The position numbers were made by a program, and so were the translations under genes. A DNA stretch of 64,000 bases from a virus: positions 1 through 64,000 of the IMG/VR virus record IMGVR_UViG_3300033145_001546; one strand, 5' to 3'. This document shows, piece by piece, positions 1 through 10,107 of the stretch (positions are counted from its first letter, which is position 1; each line of letters opens with the position of its first letter). Under the pieces are notes generated by a model that saw nothing but the letters and a program-made list of their open reading frames with translations, did not search any database and was not told the origin of the DNA.

Positions 1-2063
1 CGTTCTCGCAGGAGAGACACTTGATTTTCGCTCTGTTTTAATATCTGATTCAAAATGTCATTGGTACTTTGCATGCTTCGGGGGTCTACTAAAGATGCTC
101 TGAAAGCCAAGGTTGCTCCCGTTTTGAAGTTTTCCATGATGCCGCCCGCTTCAGGAATTTGGGTCGGTTTGCCCTCCATATCTTTTGGGGCCTTTGGAAG
201 TTTGGGGGGTTTGAGGTCCTTATAGAACCCATCCAATTTGCCACGAATAAATTTCATAATGGCATCTGCATCCTTACCAAATTGTATTGTCACGTCCTCC
301 ACTATCCCTTTCCAAAAGAAGTCAAGGGTGTCCCCAAATTCCGTTAAATCAGACTTCACATCTGACCAAAGACTCTTAAACTTCGTCTTTGTACTCTTCA
401 CAATACCATCCACTACTTTATCGAATTCATCCAAACCCAATAAATATGCCTGGGACCATATTTCCCCAAACTTTCTGGGGTCGCCCCCCATATCTAATTT
501 GATTGCTATCATAGTGGCCACTATCCCAGCAGCTATGGATTGAAAAAGAGTGTACGCATTTTTTCCTATATTCTTAAATGCATCGCCCCACCACCCTATA
601 AAATCGCTTAAAAATCCCTGTGTCATCCTATCCAAATCTTGATACAAGGTCACAAACCAATCTTGCATCGCTGCTACTACCCCTCTGATAGTTTCTCCGC
701 TTTGCAACCATGCCGCCCGTATTACATAAACCGCCGCAGCTACGGCTAAAATCCCTCCTATTATTAAAAGCACCTCTAAATTGGCGAGGGTAAATGCACT
801 CACCACCACCTTTAATATCCACACCAATCCTCCCAATGCCAAAATCAATGGGCCAACAGCCGCCGCCGCCACCGCAACTCCCACTACCCATTGTTGGGTT
901 TTCTTATTAAGTTTTATCCATCCTTGCATTCCCTTCTTAATAAAGGCATTTACCCTCAAAAGAGAAGGGGCCAAAATTTCACCTATGGAAATACCGACAT
1001 TAACAATATTATTCCAAAGTATTTTCATCTGTGAAGCAAAGGACTTCAACTGCTTATCCCGAACCTCTTGAGTAATGCCTGCCATATTCCTCAACTCTTC
1101 CGTATATTTAGCCACCCCCTTTCCCAAACCCAACAAAGGCAAAATCGTCTGTTGGCTTCGTGCTTGAAATCCTAACATTTCTAATACTGCCCCCTTTTGT
1201 TTGACACTCATATTTTTCAATACCATAGAAAGATTGCTTACTATTTTCGCCATAGAAAGCAATTCCCCCTTAGTGTCATAAACGCTTATCCCAAATCTCG
1301 CCCAAGCCCTTCTATTATCCCGAATCCCCTTTGTCATCAAACGCAACATGCGACTAAACATAGTGCCTGCTCTTTGTCCTTTAATGCCCTGATCAGCATA
1401 AGCAGCCAATATGGCCACACCTTCCTCCAAAGGAATATTAAAAGCTTCAGCTTTCATAGATGCCCCCGCCTGCGTAGTCAGCGCCAATGAAAATTGCCTC
1501 GTAGTTGCATTAGCCAAAGTATTCGCCCCCGTCAATACATCTGAAACTTTAACCATATTTTGCATATTCTTAATAGCATCTGGCACTGTCAGCCCTAAAG
1601 CACTTTGAGCATCAGTAAGCAGGTCTGTAGCTTCAGCCATATCGAAAGCCCCAGCCGTAGCAAACGCCTCCACAGTAGACAAAGCTGCCATAGACTGTTC
1701 CGCTGATAATCCTGCTGAAGCTAAGTAGAAATAGGATTTAGCTAAGTCCGTTGCAGAAACAACCCCTTCCGTAGACAACGACCGTGCCAAATCCCGCATC
1801 TCTTTTTTCATTCCATCCGACACATCGCCCATAATAGCCAAAGATTTAGTCATGGCATCATCGAACTTGCCAAAAGCAATTACAGACAACGCCCCAATAA
1901 CAGTCAAAGGGAGAGTAACCTTGAACATCAAACTTCTGCCCAAGGCTATCAACTTAGCACTCATGGCTTGCATTCTGGCAACTACAGCCATCATCGCTTT
2001 ATCGTATTGAAGGGTGTCAGCCCGTAAATGAACTACCAAATTCCCAAGGTCAAGATGAACCAT
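1..2063 (-). CDS. Tape measure protein (TP901-like), runs off the left edge
   Basis: Hand translation from ATG 2063 gives MVHLDLGNLVVHLRADT...FGKFDDAMTKSLAIMGDVSDGMKKEMRDLARSLS...LASAGLSAEQSMAAL. It follows the tail chaperones. It is absent from the ORF track, presumably because no stop codon lies inside the window. Confidence 0.9.
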   Translation of the reverse strand, partial: MVHLDLGNLVVHLRADTLQYDKAMMAVVARMQAMSAKLIALGRSLMFKVTLPLTVIGALSVIAFGKFDDAMTKSLAIMGDVSDGMKKEMRDLARSLSTEGVVSATDLAKSYFYLASAGLSAEQSMAALSTVEAFATAGAFDMAEATDLLTDAQSALGLTVPDAIKNMQNMVKVSDVLTGANTLANATTRQFSLALTTQAGASMKAEAFNIPLEEGVAILAAYADQGIKGQRAGTMFSRMLRLMTKGIRDNRRAWARFGISVYDTKGELLSMAKIVSNLSMVLKNMSVKQKGAVLEMLGFQARSQQTILPLLGLGKGVAKYTEELRNMAGITQEVRDKQLKSFASQMKILWNNIVNVGISIGEILAPSLLRVNAFIKKGMQGWIKLNKKTQQWVVGVAVAAAAVGPLILALGGLVWILKVVVSAFTLANLEVLLIIGGILAVAAAVYVIRAAWLQSGETIRGVVAAMQDWFVTLYQDLDRMTQGFLSDFIGWWGDAFKNIGKNAYTLFQSIAAGIVATMIAIKLDMGGDPRKFGEIWSQAYLLGLDEFDKVVDGIVKSTKTKFKSLWSDVKSDLTEFGDTLDFFWKGIVEDVTIQFGKDADAIMKFIRGKLDGFYKDLKPPKLPKAPKDMEGKPTQIPEAGGIMENFKTGATLAFRASLVDPRSMQSTNDILNQILKQSENQVSLLRE

Positions 2064-2406
2064 CGCTTTTCAATCCTAATGAAGTAAGCCAAAACCGCTT
2101 ATGAGATTCTACCAGGGTCTCAACATCCACTTCCTTTTCCTGATTCACAATCTGCTCCTTAAACTCAAGCAAAAAGTCCTCCACCCGGACCCTCCGGGGA
2201 TTCTTAGCATTGCCCCTTCGTACTTCCGCTGCAATTTGGGCAAGATAATACTCCTGTTTTGAATGATTCTTTTCTTCCTTATTCAAAAACTCTATCCACA
2301 TCACAAATTCCGTTGATGTGGTTTTTCGTTGAAGTTCCTGAACAGGAATCTTCAAATGGGAAGCTAACTTGAACCAGGCAAGCTGCTCTCCCTTTAATCG
2401 TTTTTT
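2050..2406 (-). CDS. Tail assembly chaperone, frameshifted C-terminal (gpGT-like) part
   Basis: The -1 frame is open from the slippery site (KKRLKGEQLAWFKLASHLKIPVQELQ...) into track ORF 2050-2355. It lies just upstream of the tape measure gene. Confidence 0.8.
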   Translation of the reverse strand, partial: KKRLKGEQLAWFKLASHLKIPVQELQRKTTSTEFVMWIEFLNKEEKNHSKQEYYLAQIAAEVRRGNAKNPRRVRVEDFLLEFKEQIVNQEKEVDVETLVESHKRFWLTSLGLKSDGSS

Positions 2407-2753
2407 GCCTCTTGCTCACCTTCCACGTCCAAGGCACTTAAAGTCTGAGCAGCTTTGAATAATTCGGAAATGACATGGGCAGGATATTTCGCCAACACTT
2501 CCTTTGTAATTTTTTCGCCGTTTTCATCCCGCATACAGAGAGTCAAAAGATTCTCTTGGAGATACTTGTAGTTGGACATACCTTGCATGGCCCCCCGACT
2601 CGTGAACTTCGCCCTTTTCCCAATATCATTGAGGAATGTACTACGCTGGTCGCTGGTCAATTCCCATAGTACATAGGTTTTGATGTCTCCTTCTCCATCC
2701 TTCATTTCCACGGGGACCTGCTGTAATTTTAGGTCAAATACTAACTTTTCCAT
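2394..2753 (-). CDS. Tail assembly chaperone (gpG-like)
   Basis: 119 aa between tail tube and tape measure; ends GCA AAA AAC GAT TAA. Confidence 0.8.
   Translation of the reverse strand: MEKLVFDLKLQQVPVEMKDGEGDIKTYVLWELTSDQRSTFLNDIGKRAKFTSRGAMQGMSNYKYLQENLLTLCMRDENGEKITKEVLAKYPAHVISELFKAAQTLSALDVEGEQEAKND
2400..2406 (-). other. -1 programmed ribosomal frameshift heptamer A AAA AAC
   Basis: X XXY YYZ motif two codons before the gpG stop, with the -1 frame open downstream. Confidence 0.8.
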
Positions 2754-2885
2754 TTTTACGCCCTTTCCTATTGCTTTTGCCTTTAATTAAGCCACCTACA
2801 TCCAAATCTAAGGTGATGAAAAGGGACCCAGTGGCAATCGGGCCACCTTTTCTTAGAAAACACCTTAAAATCCATCTCTGAGACA

Positions 2886-3323
2886 TTACGCCCCGGTATA
2901 TACAGGTGCTGTTTCAACCTGGGACCCATTTTGGTTTGACGGAATAATGGTAACATCAGCAGTAGGCTGCTCCCCTTCTACAATATTACCAAATGTGAAT
3001 TCGTCAATCCATCCCCAAAAGGCCAATGTAGAGTCGTCTGGGAAGGTAATGGTGATCAATTGGTTGGTCCCCGACAGGTCAGCCATTTCATCATAAATTT
3101 CGGGGTCGAAAGCAACAGACACTGTACAAGGTGTCAAAGTTTTAAGTTGCTTCGGGGCCTTGGTTCTCCACGTTGTGTTTCTCATCGTCGTAGTGTCATT
3201 CTCACCACCCATAGACATTCCCGGAGGTGTCACTTCTTTCTCCGACATATATAACTCAATGCCACTGGCACTTGCCGAAAAAGCAATAGTGGTCGAATGT
3301 CCGTCATCAATTCTTGCAGTCAT
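2886..3323 (-). CDS. Major tail (tube) protein
   Basis: 145 aa, Thr-rich, contains ITITFPDDSTLAFWGWI; directly upstream of the chaperones. Confidence 0.8.
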   Translation of the reverse strand: MTARIDDGHSTTIAFSASASGIELYMSEKEVTPPGMSMGGENDTTTMRNTTWRTKAPKQLKTLTPCTVSVAFDPEIYDEMADLSGTNQLITITFPDDSTLAFWGWIDEFTFGNIVEGEQPTADVTIIPSNQNGSQVETAPVYTGA

Positions 3324-3344
3324 GGTAATTCCTTTCTACTTAAA

Positions 3345-3878
3345 CTATACTTTTCTCATGGACACTAAAAAGTTTATAGTGAACAAATACCTTCTTTTCG
3401 TTCCCCCTTCTATTCCCAAAGGAATAACCGAGGAGGTTCTACTAACATTTTGGATTATATAATCTTCACCATCCAAAGTGAATTCTACGCTTCTAACTCC
3501 ATCCATCGCCGCAGCCAAATCTTCAATCTTTACATAACCAGCTTGATTCCCCAAGGACCTTATTCTCAACTGAATGCCGAAATGTTGAGGCACAACCCCA
3601 GACATCAACCGACCATCTTTTGTTCCAGTAGTGTCATATAAAGTGCCACAATTGTCTATAGCATCCTTACCATCCGGCATATGATTAACATACAAAGGCC
3701 AATCACTCCCATCCGAAGGCGTTGTCATTGTTGCTAATTCTTCTATGATATACTGAGACAAAATATAGGCAGGGGAAGCAAGCAATTGGTTACTCCCCGT
3801 GCCTATCATCTTACTGATAAGCACGCCGCCCGTAGCTGCGGACACCATATTAGTGCTGCCTATTATTGATATAGTCAT
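3345..3878 (-). CDS. Tail terminator/completion protein
   Basis: Position before the tail tube gene; motifs LYVNHMPD, IQLRIRS and RRYLFTINF resemble tail terminators. Confidence 0.6.
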   Translation of the reverse strand: MTISIIGSTNMVSAATGGVLISKMIGTGSNQLLASPAYILSQYIIEELATMTTPSDGSDWPLYVNHMPDGKDAIDNCGTLYDTTGTKDGRLMSGVVPQHFGIQLRIRSLGNQAGYVKIEDLAAAMDGVRSVEFTLDGEDYIIQNVSRTSSVIPLGIEGGTKRRYLFTINFLVSMRKV

Positions 3879-4513
3879 TGTACTGCACTCTCTCTATAAG
3901 GAGTGGATGATGCCAAAGTTTGTTCAACTACTACTGAATCGTCGTCAGCATCCAAAAGTTCTTTAATAGTCGTAGACCCACTTTTGTCCCTCCAAGTGCC
4001 TGCTACCCAAGCCGCCAATAGTTTTTGCAGCGTTTCAAAAGTCATCGTACCACCAGCAGTAAATCCTGTATGGGCCATCAATGCTGTTACAATAGCAGCA
4101 GCAACGCTAACTGAAGAAGGGGAAACATCACAAATCCAAACCTTGCCTCCTACAGAAGTGTCATTGGCATTAGTGCCCTTTGCAAAGACCTTAATTGTAT
4201 CACCAAGTTTGGCCCAAAATGGGGGAATGGAAATTCGAGCCATTGTATCGCCGGCAGTAACATTCATCTGCACTTGAGGCAAAAACAGCTCATCTCCAGT
4301 ATCTACAGAAAGCACCTTTACCGTTATTGCCAAGATGCCCCCACTGGCATGTAGAAGATTACCAGCATTACCTAACTGGACTTCTATCTTTATCAATCTG
4401 TTTGCAGTAAGAACAAAAGAATCGTTAGAAGAATCAATCTCTAATTGCTCACCCGGATGGGCTGCCCTTAGATTCCAATTATTCTGCTCTGTGCCTGTAC
4501 ATATATTATCCAT
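3875..4513 (-). CDS. Hypothetical virion-associated protein
   Basis: 212 aa, translationally coupled to both neighbours. Confidence 0.5.
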   Translation of the reverse strand: MDNICTGTEQNNWNLRAAHPGEQLEIDSSNDSFVLTANRLIKIEVQLGNAGNLLHASGGILAITVKVLSVDTGDELFLPQVQMNVTAGDTMARISIPPFWAKLGDTIKVFAKGTNANDTSVGGKVWICDVSPSSVSVAAAIVTALMAHTGFTAGGTMTFETLQKLLAAWVAGTWRDKSGSTTIKELLDADDDSVVVEQTLASSTPYRESAVQ

Positions 4514-7500
4514 TAGATGTTTCCTGGTAAGGCATGAATATTCCCACTTGTAGACTTGACGGTTGTACCGTCCAAATTCTTCAAATCAACTTCTAAAAAA
4601 CCACCTGTAATAGTCAAACTGTCCCAATATGCTTTAATTGCATCAATCAAACCATCCATCGTATCAATTTTATCATTCATTGCCTCAATCGAATGTACGG
4701 ACCTATCATAATTACTTAAATCAGAGACACTTAATATATGACCAATTACTGAATCATTATTAAGCACATCAGATAAGTCCTCCCCATCAATCGCACCAGT
4801 TAGTAATTCATCAAGTCCTATAGTCTGCATTGCATGGTCTACAGTATTATCTATTCTGGTAATAAGAGTCGTAGAAACAGCATCTGTTACATTAAGCATC
4901 GCATCAAGATTTGAATTGTAAGTTCGATTATTTATATCTGTGCCTACTGCATCTAATGCTCCCCCAAAAGTATTAGCAGAAACATTGCCGGCAACTGGTT
5001 CGTCCCAAATCGCTGCCGCACGCTCAGCATTACTATCATATGCACTCGTATCATCCAAAATATCATCTATATCCCCCGACATGTCATTTGCTGTCTGGGC
5101 TGTTCCACCAACATGAGTAGCATTTACATCGCCATAACCACCTATATGAATATGATCACCATCAGTTGGTAGAAACGAAAAATCTCTATCAACAGTAACA
5201 ACCAATCCGCTCGTCCAATCAACAATACGCCTTCTTTCTATTTCCCTATTTGTTGCCGACTCGTCTCTAACCCATATCCATGCACCATTATAAGCATCAT
5301 TCGTAGCTATGCCATCGCTAAGAGTAAATGACTTATTGCTATCTTCTCCAGAAACAGCAATTTCTGTCCCTAAATCCACAAGACTCTTAATTACATGACC
5401 AGCAACCAAATTGTGTTTCGTGTTAGGCCTTATATCTATCAATGGCTTAGCCCAAACAGCATCAGCATAAATCGCTGGAGATACTGCGCCACTTGATGTT
5501 GCCGTTATGCCAATATAGTCAAGATATAATATATCGTCATCCGCAGTTGTGCCCCGCTCCGATACGAATTTGACTTGAACATCACCGACAGCATCCCCAC
5601 CATTGGCAGCGGCACAAGTATGGTGGGCAGCAAGTGAGAAAATATATGTCTTATCACTTACCCTGTTTCGCATCTCTGTATCAGCAGTGCCGGCAGACAG
5701 TTTATCCCAATCGTCATTGCCAGCAGTAGTATAGTCTCTGGCGTAAATCTCTACAACCGGGGTGCCTGAACCGTTCTCATCGAATTGTCCGTTGATTGTA
5801 ACACCTGTCGCAATTCTATTTGCACCCATTGAAGTAGTTGCAATTACATCAATAGTATTTGTACCATCCTCATCGCCAATAGTCCAATCAGTAGCATCGT
5901 CAGTGGCTGTAGATACATAAGTACCTGCATCCTGATTGCCCGTAGTAATTGTTCCTGTCGTCGGAGCATAGACAATACTACCTCCTGCGATAATCTGGTC
6001 GGCAAGTTTCTCCAACGAATCCGTAGTGCGGTCATAGCTTGATGTTGCTGAACTTGCTGTCATATAACCAATTACGCTATCAGCATGAACCGTTGTTTGA
6101 TAATTTGTATCGACAGCCGTTTTCATTAAGTGATCAAGGTTAATATCGGATAGGGCTTTTTCGACCACACCCGAAGCAACATTGTCACCGGTATTCGCCA
6201 TAGCCAGCAATATAGCCGATGCCAACGCTTTGTATGCATCCGATGTGGGATGAACACTCGCATTTGTCCCAAACAATGTAGCGTTCCTATTTGTACTATC
6301 AGACGCATCAGCCACAATATTATACCCGTCGATCAACTTAATCCCAAACTGGGAACACAATGTCGTAAGATTCTCATTATACTCGATAATATCTGCCTGT
6401 TGCTGACCCGTGCCATTTGGCCACTGCAATATCTTAATCATTATCGGCGTGATTTGATTTGCCAAAAGATTCTGGAAGATGTTTATATAATTCGCCCTTG
6501 CCGTTGACCACGCAACCGCACCCGACACATCATTTATGCCGAGTTCTATAATAGCATACTTCGGTGCAAAGTTTATGCAGTGCGTTGTTATGTAGTCGTT
6601 TCCAGTCGATGCCCAGTCATCCGTATCAGTACTGCCGATACCATGATTCATCCCACCAAACAATTCCTCGTTATACCCTGACAACGAATGTATTATGTTG
6701 TCGGTAAGATTCACCGACGTCCAGGTGTTGTCCGCTGAGACTTCACCTAAAAACCCACGGGCATTGTCGCCCCCGCTTGTCGCCCCAAGCATAAGAGAAT
6801 CGCCCACTCCTATCACTTTTGGCGGAAGCATTTTTGCGTACAGGTTAAAGTTCCATTCACTCTCTGACGTTGTTCCGGGTTGCCAATCCTGCGTCGCCGT
6901 CTCATCGGAAGTGTCATATTGGACCTGCCAATTATCTACGTCGCCTGTCGAACCTGTCCCGAATAGCGCACCCTGCCAATCGACGCCGTCACCCTTCGCA
7001 TAGACACCGAGAACATCCCCCCTGTTTACTACTGTCGATGTGAATGTTGTTCCCAAATCTGCCGAACCAAGACTATTCCATGCCGGGGCAGCTAATGATG
7101 CGTTGGGTATTTTATCGCTAACCACAATCGAATCCCACCCTGAATTTCCACTATCCCATCTATACACTACAAACTGAAGCGTCTCGTCCAGCAGGTTAGT
7201 CAATGTGCTTATCTCAAACTCGATTGTATCTATAAGACCCGTTTTTCTTATTCGAGCCATGTGTCCGCCATTTATGTATGTTCTTCCGGTGGTATGATTC
7301 GACACAAGGCCCGTACTCACACCATCAATATATCCATTCACCGGAACAGTCGTTGTGGACGACGATGAAACCATGCCAGCAAGAGATGTACGTTCAAAGT
7401 ATATTTTCGCATCCGTACCATCTACCTGAGTTATATTGCTCGGTGGACTCAATATAACATCTATTATTTCAGTAAACGCCCCTGCATCTCCGTCTATAAC

Positions 7501-7878
7501 GACCAGCCGAACCTGCTTGCCGACTCCACCATCGAAAGCAGCATCCGGCCAATCTACCCGATATACACCATGCCCAACATGAAAGCAAGTTTTGTTCGTA
7601 TTAACCGTGGCCTCCCACGCCACCACAGCGGAGTCTAATGCAGTAACGGAAGTATCCCATGTCGTTTCCGCGGCCCCTTCTTCGGTATAGTACAAGTCGA
7701 TGTTGGTTATCGTAACGCCAGTGTCAAGCGTACTTGCCGCCCGGTCTCGCATAGTAACGTAAGTGCTTACTCGCTCCGAACCGTTCTCGATTAAAAGCCG
7801 CTGATTGCCAGCATGGGCAGAGCCTGTGAGCAAGAAAAATATCCCACACAACAGAAAAATTATAAACATTCGTTTCAT
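4513..7878 (-). CDS. 1121-aa acidic protein with a signal-peptide-like N-terminus and a central SGNH/GDSL hydrolase domain
   Basis: N-terminus MKRMFIIFLLCGIFFLLTGSAHA; SGNH blocks GDSL, NHGIGS, ELGIND and SVHP. Confidence 0.7.
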   Translation of the reverse strand: MKRMFIIFLLCGIFFLLTGSAHAGNQRLLIENGSERVSTYVTMRDRAASTLDTGVTITNIDLYYTEEGAAETTWDTSVTALDSAVVAWEATVNTNKTCFHVGHGVYRVDWPDAAFDGGVGKQVRLVVIDGDAGAFTEIIDVILSPPSNITQVDGTDAKIYFERTSLAGMVSSSSTTTVPVNGYIDGVSTGLVSNHTTGRTYINGGHMARIRKTGLIDTIEFEISTLTNLLDETLQFVVYRWDSGNSGWDSIVVSDKIPNASLAAPAWNSLGSADLGTTFTSTVVNRGDVLGVYAKGDGVDWQGALFGTGSTGDVDNWQVQYDTSDETATQDWQPGTTSESEWNFNLYAKMLPPKVIGVGDSLMLGATSGGDNARGFLGEVSADNTWTSVNLTDNIIHSLSGYNEELFGGMNHGIGSTDTDDWASTGNDYITTHCINFAPKYAIIELGINDVSGAVAWSTARANYINIFQNLLANQITPIMIKILQWPNGTGQQQADIIEYNENLTTLCSQFGIKLIDGYNIVADASDSTNRNATLFGTNASVHPTSDAYKALASAILLAMANTGDNVASGVVEKALSDINLDHLMKTAVDTNYQTTVHADSVIGYMTASSATSSYDRTTDSLEKLADQIIAGGSIVYAPTTGTITTGNQDAGTYVSTATDDATDWTIGDEDGTNTIDVIATTSMGANRIATGVTINGQFDENGSGTPVVEIYARDYTTAGNDDWDKLSAGTADTEMRNRVSDKTYIFSLAAHHTCAAANGGDAVGDVQVKFVSERGTTADDDILYLDYIGITATSSGAVSPAIYADAVWAKPLIDIRPNTKHNLVAGHVIKSLVDLGTEIAVSGEDSNKSFTLSDGIATNDAYNGAWIWVRDESATNREIERRRIVDWTSGLVVTVDRDFSFLPTDGDHIHIGGYGDVNATHVGGTAQTANDMSGDIDDILDDTSAYDSNAERAAAIWDEPVAGNVSANTFGGALDAVGTDINNRTYNSNLDAMLNVTDAVSTTLITRIDNTVDHAMQTIGLDELLTGAIDGEDLSDVLNNDSVIGHILSVSDLSNYDRSVHSIEAMNDKIDTMDGLIDAIKAYWDSLTITGGFLEVDLKNLDGTTVKSTSGNIHALPGNI

Positions 7879-8381
7879 TTCGATGCATCCTTATAAATAA
7901 GGGCTAACAATAAAGGCCTATATATCCGAGCAGGCTTTTCCAAAAACTTTGCCTGTTGATTTTCTCCACGGTTAAAATAATAAGCTTTTTGCTCTGGAGT
8001 GTTGGCACTACGAATCTCTTGTGTATATCTCCTATTAAAAGCTGCTCCATGAACCTTAGTCAAATCCTCATGAACCACAGGGGCATAACCAGCCCCCGCA
8101 CCATAAGCTACCACTACATCTGCCGAATACCCTTTACCCCCTATATTCATAGTACGTCCAGAGGCTTTCAAGGGACCTCTCCAAACCGGCACAATTTCTT
8201 GACTCTTTCTCAGCAAAAATAAACCGGCCTTTTTCAGCCCCACCTCAAAACCAGGTGCCAACCTTATTTTCTTAGCACCTTTGAGTCGGCCCAAAACGGT
8301 TCCCAAGCCCGTCATCCGGGATAACCCCACACTCCCAGTGGCTACTCTTTTGGCACCATAAATAGAAAGCAATCTGGACAT
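7875..8381 (-). CDS. HK97 gp10-like tail completion/neck protein
   Basis: Motifs SQEIVPVWRGPLKASG, YAPVVHE and AKFLEKP; synteny. Confidence 0.7.
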   Translation of the reverse strand: MSRLLSIYGAKRVATGSVGLSRMTGLGTVLGRLKGAKKIRLAPGFEVGLKKAGLFLLRKSQEIVPVWRGPLKASGRTMNIGGKGYSADVVVAYGAGAGYAPVVHEDLTKVHGAAFNRRYTQEIRSANTPEQKAYYFNRGENQQAKFLEKPARIYRPLLLALIYKDASK

Positions 8382-8741
8382 TTACATGTACACCGTTCTT
8401 AAAAATTCTGTAGTTTTAAGGTTTGGTAATTTCTCAAACCTTCTTATTTCATACGTCTCATCGTTTTGCTTAGGCACCGTCAACGAAGAGTCAATGTCTG
8501 TCAATTCTCCTAACATCAGCACACCACCTACTTCTACGTCCTGTCCTACACCCACCCTCGCATTAGAAAGTTCCTGCGTTCCCTGCGGTCCTAAAAACTC
8601 AACTGTTACCACTTCCCAGCGACAATCTATCTCTATCGGGTCCTCATATTGAGGCTGACCAAATTCATCGAAAGCATCAGCACCACTGTTCATCGCCCAA
8701 TACACAGCAGTCTGCTTTAACCTACGAGTAATAATACTCAT
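8382..8741 (-). CDS. Head closure/head-tail adaptor
   Basis: Motif DEFGQPQYEDPIEIDCRWE and synteny; start placed at MSIITRR. Confidence 0.65.
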   Translation of the reverse strand: MSIITRRLKQTAVYWAMNSGADAFDEFGQPQYEDPIEIDCRWEVVTVEFLGPQGTQELSNARVGVGQDVEVGGVLMLGELTDIDSSLTVPKQNDETYEIRRFEKLPNLKTTEFLRTVYM

Positions 8742-9016
8742 TGATTCAACTTCTTCCATACACAGTCAAGGGTTTTCTTAATATCTGTCTGCCCTGAAGC
8801 AAGAGTGTCAAAATGAAGTTCATTTCTTTTTTGAACCTCTGCGCAAACTGCAGCTATCACTACAGGATGCTCACCATCAATATGAACAGTTGTATCTTTC
8901 ACATGCTCATCGATCTTCTTGTTTACATCCCTCATTATCTTGAATCCTAAAGCATAGACACCTAACAATCCACCAAACAGGATGCTAAACAGCGTTATAA
9001 AAATTCCAAGTTCCAT
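8738..9016 (-). CDS. Small membrane protein (one TM helix plus coiled coil), possible holin
   Basis: Hydrophobic N-terminus IFITLFSILFGGLLGVYALGF. Confidence 0.45.
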   Translation of the reverse strand: MELGIFITLFSILFGGLLGVYALGFKIMRDVNKKIDEHVKDTTVHIDGEHPVVIAAVCAEVQKRNELHFDTLASGQTDIKKTLDCVWKKLNQ

Positions 9017-9026
9017 AAGTTAATCC

Positions 9027-9437
9027 TTAATCATCGTCTTCCACTGTAGGTTTTTCTGTACCAAGCCACGCTGCAATCAGGCCCTTCACAGCACCCTTTT
9101 TAATCTCTGCATTCAGCTTCGCCAACCCACCTTGATAATCCAACCGCATAGCCATCTGCCCATAATGAGAAGTATCAAATCCCAAATCGACTTTGCTTTG
9201 GAATTTTTCACTAACAGAACCAGCCCTTTCATACTCTGCCCGCATGTCCCGGATAGTAAAGATGTGGGCAGCCATCCATGTTTCTATCTTTTCTAATTGG
9301 TCAGCTGTATAATCATCAGTCAAATCTGTACAACATTGCGTAACCAATATATTAGCCGCATCTATAAAAGGGGTGAGGGTAATACTTTGGCTATTCTCAA
9401 TTATCCCTTCTACCAAAGCTGAAGTTGTTCTGGCCAT
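9027..9437 (-). CDS. Head-tail connector protein
   Basis: Motifs ETWMAAH, ERAGSVSEKF and TSHYGQ; downstream of the capsid gene. Confidence 0.7.
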   Translation of the reverse strand: MARTTSALVEGIIENSQSITLTPFIDAANILVTQCCTDLTDDYTADQLEKIETWMAAHIFTIRDMRAEYERAGSVSEKFQSKVDLGFDTSHYGQMAMRLDYQGGLAKLNAEIKKGAVKGLIAAWLGTEKPTVEDDD

Positions 9438-9438
9438 G

Positions 9439-10107
9439 TTATGCTCCTATAGCCAATGCCGGGAGACCATTATAATTGCTCCAAAATTCCTTTACCCCTA
9501 TTTTTGGAAACAAATCCAGGCTGCTATCATCTGTGATGTTAATTATTTTACAGCCCGGAAATTTAATTGGAAGGTCCTTTGCCAATCGTTCAAACCCTTT
9601 AAGAAACCTTGGGTAAACTGCTGCATTAGGCTTATCCAAATTATTATCGTGCCAATTAGACCTGCCTCCTATCAGATGCATATCGAATCCAAGAAGCAAA
9701 ACCCTTTTAGCACCTAACAACAACGCAAGGTTCACCGCACCAGCCCCTGTATTCTTATTCCAAGCTAAAGCATCTAAATGAAGGCCACGGGATTCTCGAT
9801 TCATCTTCCACAACCACGGCGTATGGTCTTTGCCACTTTGAAGTTGAGGACAATGAGTAAATACTGAACCTTTGCCAGACTCACGATAGGTCTCTAAGCC
9901 TCGTTGATGGGCCTTCCACCATTTAATATCCCCAAAGAAGCAGATATTACAAATGTCCGGTCCCCGGAGATAAGCGTCATTGCAACCTATCGTAAAAACC
10001 CTATCAGGTCTCAGTAATTCCCAGTCGAACTTTTCCAAGGAAAGACCACCACCGATAATGAATACGTCTTGGTCCTTCCATATAGGATTAGGTGTCCAAA
10101 AAGGCAT
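9439..10107 (-). CDS. MptE/DUF115-like (GT29-like fold) transferase
   Basis: Motifs VFIIGGGLSL, TIGCNDAY and NTGAGAVNLALLLGAKRVLLLGFDM. Confidence 0.65.
   Translation of the reverse strand: MPFWTPNPIWKDQDVFIIGGGLSLEKFDWELLRPDRVFTIGCNDAYLRGPDICNICFFGDIKWWKAHQRGLETYRESGKGSVFTHCPQLQSGKDHTPWLWKMNRESRGLHLDALAWNKNTGAGAVNLALLLGAKRVLLLGFDMHLIGGRSNWHDNNLDKPNAAVYPRFLKGFERLAKDLPIKFPGCKIINITDDSSLDLFPKIGVKEFWSNYNGLPALAIGA

Noticed and set aside
159-1608. Short plus-strand ORFs in the track
   Set aside because: They overlap the minus-strand tape measure gene.
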